This document shows, in pieces, positions 13,526 to 25,597 of a DNA stretch of 64,000 nt (positions are counted from its first letter, which is position 1; each line of letters starts with the position of its first letter). A program made the position numbers and the translations under genes. Source of the DNA: Octopus vulgaris (taxonomy: Eukaryota). The notes beneath the pieces are model-generated. The model searched no databases and was not told where the DNA came from. It worked only from the letters and a program-made list of their open reading frames with translations. Location: the NCBI GenBank assembly GCA_951406725.2, contig OX597824.1, positions 75,206,001-75,270,000 of the forward strand, given 5' to 3'.

Positions 13526-13531
13526 TTAAAC
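13526..13531 (-). CDS. Coding part of the putative last exon (GTT TAA = Val-stop), followed by 3' UTR of unknown length
   Basis: 110-nt GT-AG intron 13641-13532 with acceptor TTCTGTTATTTTTCACAG|G. About 800 bp of non-repetitive sequence follows on the minus strand. Confidence 0.6.
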   Translation of the reverse strand, partial: V

Positions 13532-13641
13532 CTGTGAAAAATAACAGAACAGACAAACAAAGCCCAACATACATTATAAATACATATATATATTCACACA
13601 TATAGAAATAGAATATAAAAATGTAAACATGCTTCACTCAC

Positions 13642-14238
13642 CATTGTATTTGTGTATAATGGAATCCTGGAAACTATGTATAGACACCCCTGGCCAGCCA
13701 ACCTAGCGACCTCTTGACCACCCCACTGGACGGAATCGGATGCTGAAGCTCTGACCAGTCGTTTACAGTTTGGCTTTGTACATAGATAGTCAAACGGAAG
13801 GATTTCGCCCTGTTGAAGTCCGTAGGGCTTACGAAACAGAGATGAGATTTCGGTTTTAATTTGTTCTTCTGTCCAATAGGTGGCGATACGTATCTTTTGG
13901 ACGAGACCCTTCTCAGCTAGAATGCGCCGGGTGTACCTTCTTGGGATTGGTATAGAAGTGATGCAGGTTGGCAGGAGGCAAACGATCTCCTTTGTACATA
14001 TCCGCATGCGTGTTCTGCTGTCTGTGAGCGGTGCAAGGGCATGTGTCTGGGCGGTAGCCGAGAGTGGGGCAGCAGAGTGGACTTGGGACAGAGAAGCCGT
14101 CTGGCCATCTACAGACAGTGAGATCCCTGTCGTCATGTTGGTTGTCGTGGTCAACGTGCTTACAATAGATGTTGCAGCGACGGCAGCAGCTGCAGCAGCT
14201 TGTCTCTGCACTTCCTGCACAATTGATTTCAGTGGAGC
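13642..14238 (-). CDS. Internal coding exon B (199 codons); Ala/Thr/Ser-rich linker plus domain copy 2
   Basis: Acceptor TTTGTTTCTTTCCAG|GCTCCA, donor ATG|GTGAGT, 597 nt, phase 0-0, in frame with exon A (APLKSIVQEVQRQAAAAAA...LAGQGCLYIVSRIPLYTNTM). Confidence 0.9.
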
Positions 14239-14299
14239 CTGGAAAGAAACAAATGAAGAATAAGATAAAGGTGAGATATATCTTTACTATTTATCACAA

Positions 14300-14863
14300 A
14301 GGCCACCACAGTGAGCTAACCCCAACGTGTAATCCCAATGTAGTAGGATTCATAGAAGAAGTTTCATGGGAATATTGAATTCACAAGTGGTCCCCAACAT
14401 CCCACATGCATATCCCGAGTGACGGGACGCCCTGTTTGCTGTGGAGTCTCCACAGACGCAGGGACAGAATGACCTCGAAGCTGCCGGTTACCAATCAGAC
14501 GCCTCTTGGAATTTTCACCAGAGCCCTGTTGGCCAGGCTGCGGCCCTAATACCGCTCAGTGCCAGACCAATCCGCCTTGGGTGGCCCTACCCGATGGCAT
14601 AGCTCTGACACTGCCCGTTTACACCACTCTACCGCTTTGAGGAGGGGATGGACATTAGAGTACGATAAAGGAGGACCTCTCCGAAGTCTCAGGTCCGCAG
14701 GTGGTCGGTCTGCGCAGATGGAACTGCGAATGGCTCGCTATCTCCAGTGACCTCGCACAGGACCGTCGACCATGGGCCGCCATGGTTCGTGATGCCATTA
14801 CAAACAGAGAAGAAGCCGGTTCAACTCACCATGGGTGAATGCCGTCACAAGTAGAAGTAAGTA
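14300..14863 (+). mobile_element. RTE-derived internally deleted (bipartite) element
   Basis: GC-rich island with a GGGTGGCCCTACC RTE 5'-type motif, C-terminal remnant DLAQDRRPWAAMVRDA and an (AAGT)n tail. Confidence 0.6.
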
Positions 14864-15849
14864 ACTCCAATATCATTTTTGAGCAAAACATTATAGTATT
14901 TTCTTCAATTATATTATTCCTTTATTGGTTTCAACCATGCTAGGTCATTGCCAGTGCCGCTGGACTGGTTCCTGTGCAGGTCGCATGTAAAAAACACCAT
15001 TTGAGCGTGACTGTTGCCAGAACTGCCTGACTGGCTCTCGTGCCGGTGGCATGTAAAAGCATCCACTACACTCTCAGAGTGGTTGGCGTTAGGAAGAGCA
15101 TCCAGCTGTAGAAACACTGCCAGATCAGATAGGAGCCTGGTGCAGCCACCTGGTTCACCACTCCTCAGTCAAATCATCCAATCCATGCTAGCATGGAAAG
15201 CGGATGTTAAACGATGATGATGATGATGATCAAAGGGCTGAGAGCTTTTGATAAGTGCCAACGCACAAAATTCTGAGCCCTTGAGTCACTCTGTTGCTTC
15301 TGCTACATATTAATATATTTGTATAAGCACCATCTGAATCGTGGCCGAAGACAGTGCTGCCTCGACTGGCTTCCGTGCAAGTGGCATGTAAAATGCACCA
15401 ATCTGACCATGGCCGATGCCAGCCTCGCCTGGTACCAGTGCAGGTGGCACGTAAAAAGCACCCACTACACTCTCGGAGTGGTTGGCATTAGGAAGGGCAT
15501 CCAGCTGTAGAAACTTTGCCAGATAAGACCGGAGCCTGGTGCAGCCTTCTGGCTTCCCAGATCCCCCGGTCGAAGCGTCCAACCCATGCTAGCATGGAGA
15601 ACGGACATTAAACGATGATGATGATGATGATGATGATGATGTATAGCCATGCCTACCTTAAGAAGATTGCTTTCTAACCACATGGCTTCAGGTTCAATCT
15701 CATTGCATGTCACCTTGGGCAAGTGGGTTTTGCCCCTGATCTGACCAAAACCTTGTGAGAGGATTTGGTAGGTGGAAACAGAACAGCTTGTTTATATTGA
15801 CTGGCAAACCTCTTAACCGCACAAACAAGTTTGTGCCAAGCATGAGAAA

Positions 15850-16272
15850 AATATGTAACAGAATCAGATCAGCTTTATGAGACAGAAGAGGTAACTGTAA
15901 CAGAATATTGTGACAAAATGTTGTATCAGTTTAAAGAGAAATAATTGAATCAAACATAACATTTCTCTGATTGCAGAAACAATTTTTAGATAAGATGTGA
16001 CAATAAGAAATCTATTGTATAATAGTATCCAGAATAGTAGGACATGTAACGGCAGAACATATTGTGACAGAAACAGATTAGTGTAACTGAGAGTAATGTG
16101 ACAAGATAATAGGGTGAAGTGTGACAGTAAAATTTGAGTGGCAGTCTACAGAGTTTCCCATTGGAATAGGATGAGTAACAGCAGGAATTAATGTGACTGA
16201 GTGAAATGTGACATGGTCAAATTTGTGTGACAGCAGAAGGGTATGTAACAGTAGGAATAACTGTGACAGAAA
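15850..16272. repeat. Eroded array of TGT(G/A)ACA(G) motifs
   Basis: More than a dozen TGTGAC/TGTAAC motifs at roughly 15-40 bp spacing. Confidence 0.5.
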
Positions 16273-16879
16273 TATATCTATTTAACAAGGTGGCACGTAA
16301 AAAGCACCCACTACACTCTCAGAGTGGTTGGCGTTAGGAAGGGCATCCAGCTGTAGAAACTCTGCCAGATCAAGATTGGAGCCGGGTGCAGCCATCTGGT
16401 TCGCCAGCCCTCAGTCAAAATCATCCAACCCGTGCTAGCATGGAAACCAGACGTTAAACGATGATGATGATGATGATGATGATGATGTTCTTTTCCATCC
16501 ATCCATCCATCAATTTTCGTTACTCACTATTTCTTGGAAAGTCACAGGGTGAGGCAGGAGTAGAGTCCTCATGCATTTGCTCCATAGGGTCCTGTCAGAA
16601 GCAACTGTCAATAATCTTTCCTGCTGGATTCCCATGCACAACCAAGACTATGGGTATTATTATTATATCAACCATTCCATTTATGGCCTACCAGTAGGTC
16701 TCCTGCTAGTTGGCTTAGTTGAAGAATCTGTTGTGTAATTCTTTCCTGCAGTATTCTGACAACAAAAATCCATAGTATCAGAACTGTAACCTGTCGATAT
16801 GGAGAAGCAGCAGCTTGAACTCGGAAAGACTCCAAGCTACACATCCTCTTGAGCAATGGTATTCCAGAGATCCTTCATT

Positions 16880-17600
16880 AAGTGAGGATTGGTTGGCTCA
16901 CATTTGCAGATGACTTGGTACTACTGAGTTGTCCGGAAAGTTCATGCCGATTTATAGTAGCTTACCTTTCGACTTATTTTAAAACATGGTCGAGTCCATA
17001 AAATAGGATTTTACTACACCTCCATTTAGAGCACAGTTTAAGCTATCTTTTAGCGGAAGAAGGTTTATGATCCTATATCCTGTGTTAATTCTGTAACCCT
17101 TTAAAATGAAAGATAAGAAAGTTCATTTTGGGCACTTGATGCTTTGGGAACCAGACAACAATTGCTGCAGCTTGGCTGGGATGTGTTATCCCAACCTCCA
17201 TATTCACCAGATATTGCTCCTTCAGATTTCCACTTATTCAGGTCCCTGCAGAATAGTCTTAATGGTAAAAATTTCAATTCCTTGGATGATGTAAAAAGAT
17301 ACGTTGATGAATTCTTTGCCACAAAACCACCTCTATTCTGGGAAGAGGGTATTTTCAAGTAAAAGGAAAGATGGAGACACATTGTGCAACAAAATGGTTC
17401 ATATTTGGTTGATTAAAAATGTAATGGCAAGTATTTATTGTCCTTTTTCTTTCCTTTAAAAGTCGGCACAAACTTTCCGGACAACTCAATATTCAGCTGA
17501 TCAGAAGGTGATCTCCAGCTTGTATTAAATGGCTTCACTGCCAAGTGTTGCAAGATAGAGATGAAAATAAATGCTGTGAAGACCAAGATATTTCTCCTCT
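16880..17600 (+). pseudogene. LINE reverse-transcriptase relic split by a mariner insertion
   Basis: Removing the mariner plus one TA restores FADDLVLFS*SEGDLQLVLNGFTAKCCKIEMKINAVKTKIF. Confidence 0.75.
16924..17489 (+). mobile_element. Internally deleted mariner element, second copy (566 bp)
   Basis: Same TIRs, TA TSD, deletion junction and premature TAA as 10165-10730. Confidence 0.95.
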
Positions 17601-18311
17601 AAAAAAAAAATCTTCTCATTGCACTCTGTGTGTTTGTGGAATGCAGGTTGTCTTAAGGCAGTGAGCTGGTAGAACCGTTAGCATGCCGGGCGAAATGCTT
17701 AGTGGTATTTCATCTGCTGTAACATTCTGAGTTCAAATTCCGCCGAGGTCGACTTTGCCTTTCATCCTTTCGGGGTCGATAAATTAAGTACCAGTAACGC
17801 ACTGGGGTTGATGTAATCGACTTAATCCGTTTGTCTGTCCTTGTTTGCCCCTTCTGTGTTTAGCCCTTTGTGGGCAATAAAGAAATAAGAATGCAGGTTG
17901 TCTTTATTTCAGTAATTAGATCTGGACAAAAGGAGCAATTGCTCATGGTTTTCACAAGTTCCCCAAGACTGGTGGAATTGATACGATGAATATCGTGCAG
18001 GTGAGAATTCTAGAGGACCAACATCATGAGGAAGAAGATGTAGAATAGTGATAAGTGCTGGGTAGGGGAGTTTGGACACGAGGGTAAAAATAAGAGGGAT
18101 AATGAGTTTAGTTGAGTGTGCACCAGTGAAGGTGGCACCAGACTAGATGGCTCTGAAGAACTGAGGCCAAAGAGTGAGTGACATGTGACAACAGACTGAA
18201 ATCTGGGTGATAATAAATTTTATTGTGATAGACCAAAAATTATCTTAGAACAGACAGAACTGTGCCATAAATGAGCATTTAGAATGTGATGCCTGTATCC
18301 TTATATGAGTG

Positions 18312-18635
18312 AAGGCACATGGCTTAGTGGTTAAGATATTTAGCTCGCAATCACAAGTTCATGAGTTCAATTCCTGGTGACATGTTGTGTCCTTGAGCAA
18401 AAACATTATATTTCATGTTGCTCCAGTCCACTCAGCTGGCAAAAATGAGTAGTACCCGTATTTCAAAGAACCGGCCTCGTCATACTCGTGTCATGCTGAA
18501 TCTCCCTGAGAACTGCATTAAGTGTACATGTGTCTGTGGAATACTCAGCCACATGCACGTTAGTTTCACAAGCAGACTATTCAGTTGATTGTATCAATTA
18601 GAATCCTCATTGTTCTAACCTATGGAGTGCCGTTC
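18312..18635 (+). mobile_element. tRNA-head CORE-type SINE group E. Related pieces at about 20715-20912(-), 23840-23962(-), 24140-24290(-), 34830-35090(-), 44420-44645, 46765-47030, 62213-62545
   Basis: TGGCTTAGTGG A-box, GAGTTCAATTCC B-box, CCTTGAGCAA core, GTTGCTCCAGTCCACTCAGCTG. Confidence 0.75.
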
Positions 18636-20051
18636 TTATGCAGTATAGAAAAAATGATGGCTAAAGCCAGGTTTTAAAATAAGATAATCAGATTTTATAA
18701 AAGCAACCACTAGGCCATGTGCCTCCACAACCAACACATGATGTCTAGACAAGGGTGCACACATGCACACACACAAACACACATGCACACTCATGAATAC
18801 AAACACAGTTTCCGTCTTCAAAATCCTTTCACAAGGCTTTATTCAGTCCAGGGCTACAATAGAAGACACTTGTCCAAGGTGCTGTGCAGTAGGACTGAAC
18901 CCAAACCCACATAGTTGGGAAGTATGCTTCTCAAAAATACAGCCACACTGGTGCCTATATAGCTGCATCTGTATCTATATATGTGTGTGTGCGTGTGTCC
19001 TTATAACAACATTGCATGAGGGTTGTAAATGAGCATCACCACCACACAAGCAGCATCAATCATTTCCAACATTTCATGAAAACATGGCTGGCCATGAGGA
19101 AACAGGGGATGCTGGTGAAAGAAGGGGTCTCCAGCCAGAAAATCTGTCCCAATAAATTGGACATTAAACCGATCATCATGACAATGATAAAGATGATGAT
19201 GATATCAAAACGAATATCTAAAGTGGGTGATTAGCTAAATGGATCTGTTATTAGCTAAACAGGATTTTAAAAGGCAAAAAAGAAATTGGTTCTGTGAATT
19301 CAATTTGCTGGTCAAGGACTTTGCGGTAAGAACGACAAAGAGGTAGGAATTATAAGCAAGACGAGATATTTACACCAATCATACCTACAGCTTCTTTAGT
19401 TCAATTTTCCATGATGTGTAATCATCCTTCATGGGAAGATATATGTATGTATTAGATCTGAACTGTTATATCTGGTGACAGGAGTTCAATCTGACAAGTC
19501 ACATGACCGGAATGATCTCTATGTGGGTCCTTTCATTTTTCCTACATCATAATTTGAGTGAATGCAGAATAACAATAATACTACTATCACTAAGAGAGCC
19601 ATCCGAACGTGGCCGTTGCCAGTGCCGCCCCAACTGGCCTCGTGCCGGTGGCATGTAAGAAGCACCATCCGATCGTGGCCATTGCCAGCTTCGCCTGGCC
19701 TCCATGTTGGTGGCACACGTAAAAAGCACCATCCAATCGTGGCCATTGCCAGCCTCGCCTGGCCTCCATGCTGGTGGCACACGTAAAAAGCACCATCCAA
19801 TCGTGGCCATTGCCAGCCTCGCCTGTCCTTCATGCTGGTGCACGTAAAAAGCACCATCCAACCATGGCCGTTTGCCAGCCTCATCTGGCACATAAAAAGC
19901 ACCCACTACACTCACGGAGTGGTTGGCGTTAGGCAGGGCATCCAGCCGTAGAAACATTGCCAGATCAGACTGGGCCTGGTGCAGCCTTCTGGCTTCCCAG
20001 ACCCCAGCTGAACCATCCAACCCATGCTAGCATGGAACGTGGATGTTAAAC

Positions 20052-20083
<32 letters not shown>

Positions 20084-20159
20084 CTAATATTATTTCTGAT
20101 TTCATTGGTATAATTACAATTATTATTAAAATCATCATCATTATTATTGCTATTAGTGT

Positions 20160-21880
20160 GTGATCCCTAATAAATCCGTCGACCCCTGTAATAACTTATC
20201 ATCTCACTGCTGTAATCCCAGTTTACATTTGGTCAGACTGGAGCCATCTACTTTTCCATTTTTTGCTGAAGGAATGCATTCCACTGGTCAGATGGTCCAC
20301 CTGTTGCCAGCAAATTTCTTGAAGACTGTCTTGACATGGCATGGCTACTACGCAGACACATGCTGAGGCCGTGCCACCTGCAGATTTTCCTGGACAATGA
20401 GTAGGTGTCATTTCTGTTTGTAACATATGTCTTTCTGCAGTTCATCTCTTTGAACAGCAGTTGTGTGACAAGAAAAGACCAACACTAGGTGCCTGGTCAT
20501 CAGGTGCTCACTGCTTACCACCAGTTGAGCTGTACAGTTGGTGGAATTCTTTGTTAGCAATATACAGAGATCTAGAGGTAGGTAGGAGCAATGACATTCT
20601 TGGGAAATGTAGGCATTGATGAGGATGAACTAGCTGGTCTGTTTGAGATGACTTTTAGACCAGGTAAAAGTAAAATTATTTTCTTGGGTCATTTTGATTC
20701 ATCAGGGCCATGGTGTATAAATTCTCCAATTCTCCACCTGGACAGGATGCTGGTCAGTTGCAGGATTACTCATTTTTGCCAGCTGAGTGGACTGGAGCAA
20801 TGTAAAATGAAGTGCTTCGCTCAAGAACACAACGCGTTGCCTGGTCCAGGAATCGAAACCACACTCTTATGATCATGAGTCCAACACCCTAATCACTAAG
20901 CCATGTGCCTCCACTTTTTAGACCAGGGACTACCATGGATAACTTCCAGAAATTCCTGGCTTGACAATGTTACTGAGGAGCACTGCTCATTTAAGATAAA
21001 CCATACAAGAACAGAAGTACTACCAGGTCGGACTACCGAAGATGTGTGCAAAGAGACAAAACTGTACTGCATGCACTCAGGCAGTGTTCAAGTATTGCTG
21101 ACTTGTGGAGTTAAATCAAACAGCTGTTTGTCCAAGACCATAGTGAAGATCATTCCACCACCTACTTTCAACAAGTTAAGGCAGACAGTGTTAGATCGTT
21201 CCACTACCTACTTTTAGTGGAGGCACATGACCTAGTGGTTAGAGCAGCGGACTCGTGGTCGAGGGATCATGGGTTTGAATCTCAGACTGGACGATATGTG
21301 TGTTTTTGAGCGAAACACCTAAGCTCCAAGCAGCTCCGGCTGAAGGGAATGGCAAACTTCTGCTGACTATTTCGCCACAACTTTCTCTCACTCATTCCTC
21401 CTGCATCTTACAGCTCACCTGTGACGGACCGGCGTCCCGTCCAGGTGGGGAACCTATATGCAAAGAAACCGGGAAACCGGCCCTTATGAGCCAGGGACGG
21501 CTCGAGAAGGATCAAACAACAACTACCTACTTTTAACAAGGTAAGGCAGACAGTGTTCCTTTGTCTAGTGGTCATGGAATAAAGGAGGTTGCATACATGG
21601 ATGAGGACAGACATCATTTTTGGTTAGGTCCACACTAACTTTTTCTAAATCCAACTGGAAAGGAAAGTGTGCGTGGTGAGGGAAATGCTCCCTCATTGGA
21701 AAGTCTTTCAAAACGTGGATGACTGTGACAAAAATGGTTAGGGTGAATGGACCTTCTCTACACATGTTCTTGCAGATTGAAGAACAACACTTGGGTGCGA
21801 AAGCTTGTGCCCTTGGTGGTCAGGGTCATCTTGGATCAGTGGGGTTCATTGATTGGCTCTAACTAGAGGTTCTCCTGTAT
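20160..21880 (-). mobile_element. Old LINE relic (possibly RTE-X-like) interrupted by SINEs
   Basis: GC-richer blocks with broken coding-like remnants. Family assignment is tentative. Confidence 0.35.
21217..21523 (+). mobile_element. tRNA-derived SINE family F with (AAC)n tail. Other copies at 28636-28945(+), 40183-40343(-), 51745-52006(-), 55905-56199(-)
   Basis: tRNA-like head CCTAGTGGTTAGAGCAGCGGACTC. TSDs ACTACCTACTTTTA (21217), CAAATATGATTCT (28636) and ATGAGAGATCC (55905). Confidence 0.9.
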
Positions 21881-22878
21881 CAGGAGGGCTGCGTCATAAA
21901 TGTATTCACATATTTTGCAAACAATGCATACGTTTATCTCATTTTCCCTCTTTTCTTGCCTCCATCTTTTATGTAAACCCCAACAGAAATTGTAAACTCT
22001 CCTTGTAATGTCCCCTTCATAATATGTCACTGTGGCAAAAAAAAAAAAAAAAAAAAAAGAAATCATTATGGTTATTATATTCAAAGCAGCAGAATTATTA
22101 GCATATTTGACAAAACACTTAGTGACATTTCTTCTGGTTACTCTTTACTCTTATACTTGTTTCAGTCATTTGACTGTGGCCATGCTGGAGCACCACTTTT
22201 AGTTGAGCAAATCAGCCCCAGGACTTTTTCTTTGCAAGCCTAGTACTTATTCTATCAGTCTCTTTTTGCCGAACTGCTAAGTTACAGCGAAGTAAACGCA
22301 CCAGCATTGGTTGTCAAGCAATGTCGGGGGGACAAACACAGACACACAAACACATATGTATATATATATATACATATACATATATATGATGGGCTTCTTT
22401 CAGTTTCCATCTACCAAATCCACTGATAAGGCTTTGGCCGGCCTGAGGCTATAGTAGAACACACTTGCCCAAAGTGCCACGCAGTGGAACTGAACCCAGG
22501 ACCATGTGGTTGGTAAGCAAGCTACTTACCACACAGCCACTCCTGCGCTTTTGGTTCTTTACATTGTGAGTTCGAATGCTGCCAAAGTCAACCTTACCTG
22601 TCATCTTTTCAGCTGTTGATAAAATAAGTACCAGCTGAGTACTGGGGTTGATGTCATCTACTTACCTGATCTCCCCAAAATTGCCAGTAGAATCGTTAGC
22701 GCATCAGGTAAAATGCTTAGTGACTTCTTTCTCTTTACATTCTGAGTTCAAATTCTGATACGGTCAATTTTGCCTTTCATCCTTACTAGCTAAAATACTA
22801 GCTAAGTATTGGAGCTGATGTAAGTGACCAGCCCTCTCTTTCAAATTACAGGCCTTGTGCCTACATTAGAAATAATAA

Positions 22879-23339
22879 TCTATCATATAAAATCCATTTT
22901 GCCTGTGCGTGTGTGTGTCTTCTAGGATCTTGGGTATCCTCGATCCGATTGCACTCAAATTTGATATATAGATACCAATGGTATCAGGGCGTGTATAAGT
23001 CTTGAAAAAATTACAAAAATCGATTCCAGGTGAGAATGCGATTGATAAAGCCGTGGGAACCTGCATTTGTACATGCAAGTACATCAGCTGTTGCGATGTA
23101 CTTACTGGTACTTTAAACTCTTCGGTTGCATATTTGTGTAAATAAAATCGTTTTTCTTTGGAATAGAAAAAAAGTCTATCTTTATTTCTTCTTTTACTGG
23201 TGTCTCAAATTTAGGTTAAATCAGTGTTTCTCAAAGGGGAGGCCAATGGGACGGTCGGACAAGTTGTTTTGAGAAAATTTGGTATAAAAAATGTTTGACA
23301 ACTCAGCACCGTCCATTGGATGGGGAGGCATTTTGCTTG
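22879..23339 (+). mobile_element. Non-autonomous Helitron-like element
   Basis: 5' TCTATCATATAAAA, 3' hairpin CCGTCCATTGGATGG followed by CTTG (near CTRR), inserted at A|T with no TSD. Confidence 0.65.
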
Positions 23340-23419
23340 TTATTATTATTGAGCCGACAGAATTGTTAGAGTGAGGGATGACAAAGTTGACCTTGGCAGT
23401 TGTTAAACTCAGAACTTAA

Positions 23420-23639
23420 CCCTTTTGTTACTGTATTTATTTTGAGATGCTCTGTGTTTCTTTCAATTATTTTAAATATAACAAAGAATTTAGTAAAATA
23501 ACTTAGTTATCATTAAGCTAGTGTTAGGAACATAAATTGTGACTAAGGTTTGGTGAAATATTTTAATTCAAAACTTATGAAAGCAGGACATTTTACCACA
23601 GAACCAGAGCCGGTTTTGGCCGGGTTAGTAACAAAGGAG
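23420..23639. mobile_element. piggyBac-type MITE (220 bp)
   Basis: TTAA|CCCTTTTGTTACT ... AGTAACAAAGGAG|TTAA. Confidence 0.75.
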
Positions 23640-24343
23640 TTAAGGGTAATTTGGGCAAATCTTTAATGATGGGTTCTCCTGTTGAGGATGGTGTATGAGA
23701 GTTCAGCTTTTAGCTGAATGACCTGCACAAATGATTTCTTTATAGTGATCAAATGTATGTGCTGTACATTAGCTCACCCACTCCATCAAATTGATGTTGT
23801 CTGAACAGGTGCACGGTGTACCACATGTCAGGTGTCTAAGTGATTGCAGAGCAATGTGAGATGAAGTGTTTTGGCTCAAGAACACAACGCACCACCTGGT
23901 CTAGAAATTGAAATCTCGATTGCTAGATCATGAGTGCAACACCGTAACCCACTAGGCCATGTGTTGGAATGCTGGCTGAATAATAATAATAACAATAATA
24001 ATAATAATAATAATAATAATGATAATAATAATAATAATGATAATAATAATAATGATAAAGATAGTCAAGATGAAGAGCACGATTTTATTTTGAGCAGGTA
24101 AAAGTAAAATTACTTTCTTGGGGGTCATGTTGACTCATAAGGGCCATGGTATATAAATTCCCCACTTGGACAGGACACTGGTCAGTTGCAGGATTACTAA
24201 TTTTTACTAGCTGAGTGGACTGGAAGTGTTTCGCTCAAGAACACAAAGCGTTGCCTGGTCCAGGAATCGAAACCAATATCTTATGATCATTTTAGAAAAA
24301 TAAAATGTAACCTTTGTGAAGGGTTACATCAATCCTTTTTAAA

Positions 24344-24344
<1 letters not shown>

Positions 24345-24436
<92 letters not shown>

Positions 24437-24484
24437 TAATAATAATAATGATAATAATAATAATGATGATAATAATAATAATAA

Positions 24485-24515
<31 letters not shown>

Positions 24516-24692
24516 AGTGTTCATTCGATAACGGTTGCACTCTTATTGTTCCTTTGTAACAACAATAATAATATTAATAATAATAATGATAATAATAATA
24601 ATAATAATAATGATGATAATGATGATGATGATGATGATGATGGTGGTGATGATGATGGTGATGATGAGGATGATAGTAATAACAACAGTAAT
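24345..24692. repeat. (AAT)n/(GAT)n microsatellite block just downstream of exon A; similar blocks at 23980-24058, 41200-41548, 42132-42375 and 54826-54935
   Basis: Direct reading of the sequence. Confidence 0.95.
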
Positions 24693-24737
24693 AAATTAAA
24701 AACATGAACAAGCAAGATTGGAACTGATTTGTCTTAC

Positions 24738-25181
24738 CTTTGAATCTAAAGACAATGGGATCTTGGAGACGATATACAAACAGCCTTGACCTGCCAGGTT
24801 AGCCACTTCACGTCCACCCCAGTGCCAGTCCTCTGTAACTTCCGGACGCACCAGACGCTTACAACTCGGTTGCGTTCGCAAGTAGTCGAAAGGAAGCAGC
24901 TCATCTTCAGCGAGGTTGAAGGACACGCTGAAGAGGTTCGAGATCATATGCTTCAGCTCGTCTTCCGTCGATGTTGACGTGATCTGTAGCTTCTTGATGA
25001 GCCCGCTATCGGCAAGCATCTTGCGAGTGTCACCTCTCGGTATAGGGATCCAGGTGCTGGTCGACGGAAGTAGACAGACAATGTCTAAGACACAGATTCG
25101 AGTGGCTACTGGGCTGTTGTCGGACAATATCCAACGGCTACGGCGGCGTGGCTTCACCAAATAGGGGTGGGAAGCAGATAC
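24738..25181 (-). CDS. Internal coding exon A (148 codons) of an uncharacterised gene; carries domain copy 1
   Basis: Acceptor TTTCTCTCTCTTCCCTCAG|GTATCT, donor AAG|GTAAGA, 444 nt, phase 0-0, stop-free (VSASHPYLVKPRRRSRW...LAGQGCLYIVSKIPLSLDSK). GC-richer than the flanks and homologous to exon B. Confidence 0.9.
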
Positions 25182-25295
25182 CTGAGGGAAGAGAGAGAAA
25201 GATATTTATATTAAAACAGAACTAAACCAAATTTTGGAACAGTAGGTTTATATTCTTGCTGATATCTGAGCTTGTCCCTCAATCATACTTTAAAC

Positions 25296-25555
25296 CAGTG
25301 GTTCTTAACCTTTTTAATATCCAAGTCAGATCCCAAATCCAGGGGCCACACCAAAAAAGTAACACACAAGTGAATTAAAGAAAAGTTTATTATATTTATA
25401 AATATGTGTGGTAAGTAGCTTGCTTACCAACCACATGGTTCCGGGTTCAGTCCCACTGTGTGGCACCTTGGGCAAGTGTCTTCTACTATAGCCTCGGGGC
25501 GACCAAAGCCTTGTGAGTGGATTTTGTTGACAGAAACTGAAAGAAGCCCGTCGTA

Positions 25556-25597
<42 letters not shown>

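Noticed and set aside
13880-14263. Plus-strand 127-aa ORF (and 24786-25164)
   Set aside because: Antisense shadows of the real minus-strand exons.
21217-21295. tRNA gene candidates at SINE heads (also 28640, 51940-52006, 56125-56199, 62213)
   Set aside because: Each continues into a SINE body, several with TSDs, and the acceptor stems are imperfect.
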